Source: a virus. Taken from it: a stretch of DNA of 56,713 bases. The notes under the pieces are model-generated. The model made no database searches. It was not told the DNA's origin and worked only from the letters and a program-made list of their open reading frames with translations. The stretch spans positions 1-56,713 of IMG/VR virus record IMGVR_UViG_3300037722_000354; one strand, given 5' to 3'. The translations under genes and the position numbers were made by a program. Positions 7,025 through 15,000 of the stretch are shown piece after piece (position 1 is the first letter of the stretch; the number at the start of each line of letters is the position of its first letter).

Positions 7025-7636
7025 TTAGGACGGCCAAACATAAGCAATCGCGCTGCCGACCGAGCGCGTGTAACGGCACACACCCTTACGCCCGCAATTA
7101 CCTGAGATGAGCGTGACCGTGTTGCCTTCGACACTCTCGACAATCGCCGCGTGTCCGCTTGTCCCGTTCCTACCGCGCGCATAGACAGCGATAGCTCCGG
7201 GCCTTGGCGCGGCGAGCCGCTGCCCGCCATTGACGAACGAACGTGCGAGGTCGGAGCCTGTGCCCTTACGACCGCTGCGAGCCAGCCGGTCGTTTATGAA
7301 TCTGGCGCACCATAGATTGCGCCTTGCAGTCGGATTGCCACGGCCTACATATCGTTTTGCGTCTGCCAGCCAAGGTGCTGCACTCGAATGATATGAAACC
7401 GATGGAGATGGCGTGAACCGCTTGCCCGCAACCTTCGTGCTTCTGGACTTGCGTTTTCTTTTTGATGTTGAGGCGATATAGCCCCCGAAATGCCGGGCCT
7501 GCTTATGGCCTGTCAGTTGATAGGGCTCTACATAGCCCTTGCCGGGAACATAGATTGAATCAGGGCCGCCCTGGGCCAATACGGGAGTTGAGAATAGCAA
7601 ACATAGGGTCGCGAGCGGTGCGAGGATAAATCGCAT
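7025..7636 (-). CDS. Secreted CHAP/NlpC-P60-like cell-wall peptidase
   Basis: 203 aa. Signal peptide MRFILAPLATLCLLFSTPVLAQG. Motifs NLWCARFIN (catalytic-Cys context) and GHAAIVESVEGNTVTLISGN (His context) are typical of CHAP/NlpC-P60 phage peptidases. Confidence 0.6.
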   Translation of the reverse strand: MRFILAPLATLCLLFSTPVLAQGGPDSIYVPGKGYVEPYQLTGHKQARHFGGYIASTSKRKRKSRSTKVAGKRFTPSPSVSYHSSAAPWLADAKRYVGRGNPTARRNLWCARFINDRLARSGRKGTGSDLARSFVNGGQRLAAPRPGAIAVYARGRNGTSGHAAIVESVEGNTVTLISGNCGRKGVCRYTRSVGSAIAYVWPS

Positions 7637-7667
7637 CGTGGGCTCCGTTTTGCTGTTGGTAGGAAAA

Positions 7668-8912
7668 CTATGGAAGCGTCGTGTACCTAAGTTTCAGTCG
7701 CGCATAGATGGCGTCTAGTTCTGCGTCTGACAGGCGGCGCGACCAACCGGCAATACAAGCAACGCGCGATCCAGACGGAAACTTTATGCCAGAGGAATAT
7801 CCTATTGCTGCAATCGAATTGGTATCTAGCGCCGATGGCGAACTGTACGTCGATGTAAACTTCTGTCTTGTTGCATTAACCTGCACTGTCGTTCCGTCTG
7901 TACCAACCGATTCATCATGCGCGCTGGCAAGCATGACAAACTCGTTTTGAGGAACGCTTGTCGTGTTCTGTGCCCGGAACGACAACGCAGAAGCATTAAA
8001 CACATCGACTGTAAGGAGGTTGCCTGTTGGCGTTCCGCCTGTAACCGGAATCCACATGCGGAAACTAACAATCTCCGTAGATGTGCTATAGATGGAGAAA
8101 TTGCTGTTTGGTCTGTAAACAATAGCAATTAGGGAACAAATCCCATTGTCCTTATGCCACGGTATGCCGTATGTATGAGCTGCTGTCGCAAAAAACAGGT
8201 CGCCGCCATCCGAGCTAAAATATTCGTTTGCTGTTAGCTCACCAGCCGTACCGTTGAACGTCGGGTCGTAAGATTCTGCGCTTGAATTTGAGCCGCGATA
8301 GAAGTTGTTTCCATTTCCGCTAAGGTCGAGCCATGTTTGCCCAGAACCGGCATAGGAATCAATTTCAGCCGCATCTACACAAAATTCCAGATTGGCGGTC
8401 GCACTCTCCGCAACAATCATCTCATAGAAATTCTGCTTTGCAGACCCGGACGCCGCAGGGCTTCCATCTCCTGTCGCCGTGACCGCTACGGAATTTCTCG
8501 TTGATGTACCGGACGCCGTAAGCGACCCAACACTATCCAGTTCAGCGCTATAGAACGCCTCTCCCTCAGTGCCGCTTGCCGTAGCGCTTCCAACACCAAT
8601 AATCGATCCATCGAACGAGTTGGACTTCCCGCCATAGGCAACCGGCGACCCGGCCCCAACGATAGATGAATCACCGCTCCTGACTGACATCGCGGACGCG
8701 GCGGGCGATCCCTCCCCGACAAACCCGCCAATGCCGCCGAAATGATAATCCGCCGCTAGCGAGCCTACGCCAGATATGCTTCCCGAGCCCTCCCGGTGCC
8801 TTGGTACGAAGTCGTTCCCAAACGGCTTGCCTGTAACCTCATAGACCTTCATCCGGCCAATGACGTTGTAAACCGCCATCGTGCCGCCAATGGAATAGTG
8901 GTTTTGGGGCAT
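7668..8912 (-). CDS. Tail fibre / receptor-binding protein with a concanavalin-A/LamG-like C-terminal domain
   Basis: 414 aa. N-terminal 9-residue repeats (MAVYNVIG/MKVYEVTG) are shared with ORF 9648-11048, as are the G-x-GS..ASG repeats. The C-terminal TWLDLSGNGNNF... resembles a LamG lectin-fold motif. Confidence 0.65.
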   Translation of the reverse strand: MPQNHYSIGGTMAVYNVIGRMKVYEVTGKPFGNDFVPRHREGSGSISGVGSLAADYHFGGIGGFVGEGSPAASAMSVRSGDSSIVGAGSPVAYGGKSNSFDGSIIGVGSATASGTEGEAFYSAELDSVGSLTASGTSTRNSVAVTATGDGSPAASGSAKQNFYEMIVAESATANLEFCVDAAEIDSYAGSGQTWLDLSGNGNNFYRGSNSSAESYDPTFNGTAGELTANEYFSSDGGDLFFATAAHTYGIPWHKDNGICSLIAIVYRPNSNFSIYSTSTEIVSFRMWIPVTGGTPTGNLLTVDVFNASALSFRAQNTTSVPQNEFVMLASAHDESVGTDGTTVQVNATRQKFTSTYSSPSALDTNSIAAIGYSSGIKFPSGSRVACIAGWSRRLSDAELDAIYARLKLRYTTLP

Positions 8913-8967
8913 TCATAGGGGCTTTCTTGCTGCTTGCATCGGTGCTGCCGGGCGGTAGGATTGGAGA

Positions 8968-9651
8968 ATGATAGCCAACATTCTCCGCAAATTTTCTCAG
9001 CCGCCGCCCGCAATAGACCACCAGGGGCTGACTACCCGGCACGAAACCGGCGACCTATATGAGACGGAATTTGATCGTATCTTTCGCACGGCTTGCGCCC
9101 TCGATCCTTGGGCCGATGAGCGGCTTAGACTGCGCGTGTATTATCATTGCCGGTTCGCGCAAATTGCATTGAACGCGCCCGGCGATTTTCTTTTTGCCGG
9201 TGTTTCGTTTGGCGTTGCGCCGAAAGCCGTAACACTTGCCCTTGGCCCAGCGCTCGACAACCGGACCATTTATCTGGCGGACAAATGGCAGGGCCTTCGT
9301 GAATCTGGATCAAACCGAACGCGCGACGACTACTGCGCAGACGTTTCGCTTGTCAGAAAATTCTTCACAGAACCAAACGTCAAAATCGTCGAAGCCTACG
9401 TGCCTGACGCACTCGGCCAGATTGAAACCAAGCACATCGCATTCGCCGCGTTAAATACAGGTGACGTGGACGCGGATTGTGCGTCCCTGCCTTTACTATG
9501 GCCTCGCCTTTCGACTGGAGGAATGCTGATCTTGAACGGCTACGCGCAGAAACCAGAGAGGCATAAGCAATATCAAAACACGCTCTCCGCGCTTCCCGGC
9601 GCGATTGTCGTTAACCTGATGAACGGCTTCGGGCTTCTGTCTAAAGCCTAG
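8968..9651 (+). CDS. TylF/MycF-type class I SAM-dependent (O-)methyltransferase-like protein
   Basis: 227 aa. GDFLFAGVSFG...IYLADKWQGL...IAFAALNTGDVDAD...LSTGGMLILNGY matches the TylF-family pattern (GV.rG ... l.DsF.Gl ... lD.D.Y ... GG.i..DDY). Opposite strand to both flanking fibre genes. Confidence 0.5.
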   Translation: MIANILRKFSQPPPAIDHQGLTTRHETGDLYETEFDRIFRTACALDPWADERLRLRVYYHCRFAQIALNAPGDFLFAGVSFGVAPKAVTLALGPALDNRTIYLADKWQGLRESGSNRTRDDYCADVSLVRKFFTEPNVKIVEAYVPDALGQIETKHIAFAALNTGDVDADCASLPLLWPRLSTGGMLILNGYAQKPERHKQYQNTLSALPGAIVVNLMNGFGLLSKA

Positions 9652-11048
9652 CGCAGAGCCGCTAGCACCATCACCCTCGGGTTAGCCGCGTTCACATTGT
9701 CTCCCGTAACAGTCAGCCCGGTTTGTACCGAGGCAAATTCATCCGACGCGCCGCTGTGGTGCGAGTTACCCGTTCCTTCCACCGCCGCATCGAAATCTTC
9801 CGTAATGCCGGTCCATGTAAAGCCGGACGATCCACCCGGATAAGCCTGCACATATCCGAATAGTAGCCCGCCCGCTTCCACATCAATCGTTGTCGATGGC
9901 GGGTCTGCCGTCGAGTCCCCCGTATCGGTTGCCGTTGTACTCAACAATCCATAGGCTGAATACCAGCCTATTCCGCAGCGAAGTTGCGCATTGCTGTACG
10001 TTACAACGATATCCCCTGTGGTTCCTGTAGGAACCTCCGCGATATAGAGCGCGCAGGAAACATCTGCCGTATCCGTCCCGTTCAATCCTTGCTGGAAGTG
10101 CAATCGCGTGGCGGTGACGCCCGCGACCGTGACTGACGTAAACGGGTCGGCGGTCGTGTCCGTGTCCGTGCCGCCCGTGCCGACGACAATACACCTATCA
10201 GCCGCCTCGTCTCCGAGCGCAACGCTTGAGAATGTATAGACCGTCGCGTTTGTGCCACTGACAGACGAACCGAGGAAGGTCCGTGTAGCAGCGGCCACGC
10301 CACTCTCAGTCCCCTCCGCTACCGCTACACCAATCCCAACAATCGTACCGGCCTGCAATGCGTTCTTGATTACATTCGACGCAAGCACACCAACGCCGAC
10401 AATCGTTCCGTCATCTGTGGCATTGATCCCGCCCGTCGCGGCAGGATTGCCAATACTATCCAGCGCCGCATTGACGGTTCGGACACTTGCTCCATCTCCA
10501 TGTGCAATCCCCTCGCCAACAATAATTGCATTGGCAACGCCGGTTTTGAACACGTCCGCGACGGTAATTCCAATGCCTTCAATCTGCCCGTCGTCGGTAA
10601 ACGTCTTCGATCCGTCCGGCGTAAAGATTCCAATTCCGGTTATATCGACTTCGCCTGAGCGCGTGCTGGTCCCTTCGGATTGAGGATCGCCAAGGCTATC
10701 TAGTTCCGCAACGCCCGTATGTGCACCTGTTGCGTCCGTCTCAAGCGAGCCTTCGCCAACGATAGACCCGACAATGATCGCCTCGATATTCCCAACGCCG
10801 GAAAGCGAAGCGGTCGCGGAAATATCTCCGGTTACGATTGCAGTCTTAAACCCACTACCGGAAAACAGACCAATGCCGGTAACCTGGAAATTAATAATTT
10901 CCACTTCCAGAAGATCAAGCCCGACATCATAACTCGACCAGACGCCAACAATGCCATAGCGCGCCATTGAGCCAGTGACGGTGTGAACCGCCATCTCGCC
11001 CTCAACGTCATGGACTGCCCCGCGCCCGGAGACGGAATACTGTGCCAT
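9648..11048 (-). CDS. Tail fibre protein (paralogue of 7668-8912 at the N-terminus)
   Basis: 466 aa. Repeated VHDVEG/VHTVTG/RYGIVG nonapeptides, recurring ELDSLG/ALDSIG plus I(V)G-x-G modules, Gly/Thr-rich. Sits in the gp17 position of a T7-type virion module. Confidence 0.65.
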   Translation of the reverse strand: MAQYSVSGRGAVHDVEGEMAVHTVTGSMARYGIVGVWSSYDVGLDLLEVEIINFQVTGIGLFSGSGFKTAIVTGDISATASLSGVGNIEAIIVGSIVGEGSLETDATGAHTGVAELDSLGDPQSEGTSTRSGEVDITGIGIFTPDGSKTFTDDGQIEGIGITVADVFKTGVANAIIVGEGIAHGDGASVRTVNAALDSIGNPAATGGINATDDGTIVGVGVLASNVIKNALQAGTIVGIGVAVAEGTESGVAAATRTFLGSSVSGTNATVYTFSSVALGDEAADRCIVVGTGGTDTDTTADPFTSVTVAGVTATRLHFQQGLNGTDTADVSCALYIAEVPTGTTGDIVVTYSNAQLRCGIGWYSAYGLLSTTATDTGDSTADPPSTTIDVEAGGLLFGYVQAYPGGSSGFTWTGITEDFDAAVEGTGNSHHSGASDEFASVQTGLTVTGDNVNAANPRVMVLAALR

Positions 11049-11062
11049 TCATCGGACGCCAA

Positions 11063-11422
11063 TCAGGCGGTATCGCTGATCTGCAAATACGTCCCGGTCG
11101 AATTGATTGTGTAGGTTCCGTCGCCACCAAACGTCTCGTCCGTCACGTCCATGTAGCCCCAGATTGTGGTTCCGGTCGAAGTCCCGAGAATGCCCACATG
11201 CGAAACCGATGACCCGCCCGGCACGTTGAACGTCACGTTGGACGATAGGAACGCCTGCCCGGATGAAGCCGCGTCCCACGTGGCCGCTACACGGGCATAG
11301 GAGCCGCCCGAGATTTCATTACCGGCAATCGTTGATGGGACGGTCGAGAACAGCGCCATGAATGTTGCGGCAGAACTCATGAAATCGAGCATTCTGTTCT
11401 TGCCAAGATCGAAGAATGGCAT
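11063..11422 (-). CDS. Tail-fibre-associated virion protein
   Basis: 119 aa, MPFFDLGKNRMLD...GGSYARVAATW... This resembles small conserved phage tail-fibre proteins. Located immediately upstream of the fibre genes. Confidence 0.5.
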   Translation of the reverse strand: MPFFDLGKNRMLDFMSSAATFMALFSTVPSTIAGNEISGGSYARVAATWDAASSGQAFLSSNVTFNVPGGSSVSHVGILGTSTGTTIWGYMDVTDETFGGDGTYTINSTGTYLQISDTA

Positions 11423-11439
11423 TTTGTTTTTCCTTGTTG

Positions 11440-11802
11440 TTAGGATGCCGTGGATGCGTACATGGAATCCCGAATACGCGCGGGGCCTTCAAACTGGATG
11501 GAAACACCATCCGAATGGTCGAGACGCAGTTCGTGCCAGAAGCGGCCCGGATAAAGATCGGCCTGTAGCGACGAACCGAAGCTCACCCGGCACTCACCCG
11601 AGGTTGAGCCAGTGACCGTAATTCCGTCCCCGATGATCGCGCTGGCGATGTAGGTTGAGCCGCGCTCGACAGAGACGCCCCAACGGATACTGCCGCTCGA
11701 CAGGCCGGACAGGCTCGCGACTTCGCCATCCGCGCCGGTTAGCTCGGCGTTTATGACCAAGGTCTCGTCAAGGTGAAAATCGATGGACAAGGTTGCGGCC
11801 AT
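11440..11802 (-). CDS. Hypothetical virion protein
   Basis: 120-aa ORF between the internal virion proteins and the fibre genes. Beta-rich composition. Confidence 0.45.
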   Translation of the reverse strand: MAATLSIDFHLDETLVINAELTGADGEVASLSGLSSGSIRWGVSVERGSTYIASAIIGDGITVTGSTSGECRVSFGSSLQADLYPGRFWHELRLDHSDGVSIQFEGPARIRDSMYASTAS

Positions 11803-11834
11803 GTTTGGCTTCTCTTTGTTTTTTCATAGAAAAA

Positions 11835-11852
11835 GGCCCGCTTTCGCGAGCC
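11835..11852 (-). terminator. GNRA-loop hairpin followed by a T-run (minus-strand intrinsic terminator/attenuator candidate)
   Basis: Minus strand reads GGCTCGC-GAAA-GCGGGCC-TTTTTCT (7-bp stem including one G-U pair). Confidence 0.4.
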
Positions 11853-11889
11853 GGAACTTCGTGGCATTCTCCCGAACGGGGAGTCTCTT

Positions 11890-12096
11890 ATGAGAAAGTT
11901 TTTTCGCGTTGTCGGCTATTTATATTTGACGTGTGCCGTCAGTATTATTCTAGGAAGCTACGCTTGGATTTGGTGGCACTACGGGTTGGCTAAACTGATC
12001 GAAATCGCGAGCCCGTTTAACCTAATCAATACCGGCGCTGTTTTGCTGACAATAGCGCCTGGGTTTCTCCTATTGCACTTCACCAAGTCTTCCTAG
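11890..12096 (+). CDS. Small two-TM membrane protein (opposite-strand moron)
   Basis: 68 aa with hydrophobic helices VVGYLYLTCAVSIILGSYAWIWW and LINTGAVLLTIAPGFLLL. AT-rich. Antisense to the late array. Confidence 0.5.
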   Translation: MRKFFRVVGYLYLTCAVSIILGSYAWIWWHYGLAKLIEIASPFNLINTGAVLLTIAPGFLLLHFTKSS

Positions 12097-15000
12097 CGCC
12101 GTGCGTCGATCTCGGAACGCTTGGCTTCCATCGCCGAATTGATGATATCCGGGTTTTGCATCATCATCATTGACCGCGCTGTTTCCCGCGCCCGCTCGAT
12201 TGTCTTGGTGACCAATTCACGCTGGGCAAAATCGGGAAGTGACGCAAACCCCGGCATGGAAACAATCTGGTCAAGTCGCATTTTCGTTGTGGTGCCTGCA
12301 AGCCGCGCGAAGTCGTCGTACTGTTCGTCCGTCAATTCGACGCCACGGATTTTTCGCGGCGTCCGCGCGGGAAATACCCCCAGCCGGAGAAGCGTCTGGT
12401 TGACCGGATCGTTGTTCAATCGGCTTTCATAGATCGGGCTCACAAGATCGGGGCCAAGCCCGCCCCCAAGCTGTATCGGTTGGCCCCAGATGTCACGACG
12501 CGGTAATAGGGTCTGCGACAGGCCGGGAAGCCGCGCCTTGATCCCGTCGATAATGGTACGGGCTTCCCTTAGATACGGGTCTTGCGTCTGCGCGATCTGC
12601 GCGACACCAGTAGGAACAACCGTACCGACAAATCTTTGAATATACCGCTGCCCGTATCGGTCCGGGTCCTGAACGGCGGTAATCAAATTCGACGGGCCAG
12701 AAAGCCACGTTTTGCTTGTCAGATTCTTTGTGACCGAGGCGAATACCAGCTTGCCTACATCATCCGCTTCTTTCTCGGTCGATACTTCGGCAATTTCCGC
12801 CATATCTCCGGCGATGCCCAACAGCATTGCCAGCGGTTCAAGCCGCGAGAAACTGTAATAGTGCTCCCCGATCTTTGCGCTATATGGCTGCCAGCCGGTT
12901 TGAAACATGACGGCGCGCTGCTTTGAATCCGTCGGGCCACCTCCGGTAATGGTCCCCTCAAGCGCCATTGCAACTGCCGCCGTACTGACGGCAGAGCCCA
13001 TAATCATGCGGGCAATCTGTTCGTCCGCAGAAGCCCCGCCCTTGGCGATGTTTTCCCGAACATCGCGCGAGAACAATCCGAATACCGAACGCTCCTGTGC
13101 GAACTTGATGATATTAACCGGCGTCCTGACAAACGGGATAACCAGTTTTACCATCGGGTGAGAATTGGCAAACTGCTGAACCGATCCTCCGATCCGCCCG
13201 AGTTTCGATTGAAACGTCTGGTAGTCCGCGTTTTTCTGCGCGGCAAGAATCATGTCTTCGGTCGGATTTTGCACCAGCTCTGTAACGCGGCGTGCAAACT
13301 TGTCGCCCTTGGCCCCTTCGTCCATTGCCTTGCGATAAGCAAGCGCGTTCAGTTCTTGTCTATGGGCGATACCCCTAAAGATTTGATCTTCCGCCGCAAG
13401 AGCGCGCCCTGGAATACGGATTAATTCACCAGCCTTGCCGGGAATCGCCATAAATCGGCGCTGTTCGATCTTGCTGGCCTTCTCAACCAAATCCTCGTTT
13501 TTCATAACGGCCCAGCCAGCCCGCACGCCGTCTTTCGATCCCTCGATTATTCCGAACAGTCTTGCTCCCGCCTCGCCCAGATAAACGCGCTCTTTGTTGG
13601 CAGAGAAAGTTGTGCGGACTATTCCAGAACCGGCGGCTACAACGGTTTCCGGCACGCGATAGAGCGCAACCAGCGTATTGGAGAGCATGTTCGTTGCGTG
13701 CGTCTTTGGGCCGGACAGAAGCGCGTTGATCCAGACCTCAACCGCCATATCGGCCCATGAAGCCTTCGTGCTGTCGCGGACGTATTTCGACACCTTGGCA
13801 GATGTGTCGAGTTGCATTCCAAGCTGAGCTTCGCGCTGAAGCTGGTAGAGCGTCTTGCCGGTATTTTCCTGTAGGAACGCGCTGAGCGATTTTGCTTCCG
13901 CCATGCCGTCGATTGCACGAAATGCCCTCAACGCCCGTCCGGCTTCCGCCGTGATCCCGGAAACCTGTTCCTGAATCATCAAATGTCTGGCGCGGACCTC
14001 GGCATAAGCAAGAACATCGGCTTCCGCACCGCCTGCGGCCTTCGCCATTGCATCGCGGACACTGACAGCCGATTGAACGAGTAACTTTCGCGCGGCTACG
14101 ACCTGTTCTGCATTGAACGCGTCTCCAATCTTTCTCCGGTCGAGCGTCTTCGCGTCCATGCCAAGCGCGTCTGCCAGATCGGAAACTTCCGAATCCGACA
14201 ACACGCCGCGTCTGGCTGAAATGAATCCTTCGTTTTCCGATGCGGCCTGACGCAGGACCGCGTTCACGTCTTCCGGCGTTCCTAAGTTTTCCAGCCGGAT
14301 ATTTCCGGCCTTGTCGGTTAGCGGGGTTTCTGCTCTTGGGAGGCTTGCATTTGCGTCTCCGCGTAGGCGAGCGCTTTCCGCCTCAACTTCACTTCGGCCC
14401 GCGCCAGCCGTTCCAGGTTGCGGACGTTCTCCTGATCGCTCAACGATAGGTTCGGACGCAGGGCGAGGACTGTCAGCATCCGCACGTCCCGCCGCGCTTC
14501 GTCGAGCTTCTTCTGTAGTTCCGCCAAGTCCGACATTCTCGGTCAGTTTAGCACTTTCCGCGCGGGCCGCGTCAGCCAAAATACCGGCCTCCATCCCCTC
14601 TGCGGAATCGGCTAATTTCCCAAATTTTTCAGCAGCTTTCTTGATTGCCTCGTCAGGAAGGATTCCCGTCCGCTCGGGATTTACGGCCAGAAGCCGGTCA
14701 TAAACCCCCCGAATGTCCTCATTCACGTCCACCTTGAGGCGGGTTACTTCCTGATAGATACGGACCAACCATTGCCGGAATTGCTCGAATACCTTGGCGA
14801 GGGTCGGGTGCGGGGCCACTCCATCCCGCATATAGGCTTCAAATCCACGGGCGAATTGTTCGTGCTGCTTGGTCTTTATGTCTTCGGCTTTTTCTACACC
14901 GAGCCATTTCAGGGTGATATCCGCGTCCTGCTTTAGAATCGCGGGAGCGGCTTCGTCCGCCGCGTCGGCTATCAGGCGGGCTAGATAGTCGTGGCCCTTT

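Noticed and set aside
10252-10683. 143-aa plus-strand ORF, plus other overlapping ORFs inside the fibre gene 9648-11048.
   Set aside because: These are antisense or alternative frames of a repetitive Gly/Thr-rich gene. The Pro/Ser/Thr-rich mirror translation is an expected artefact.
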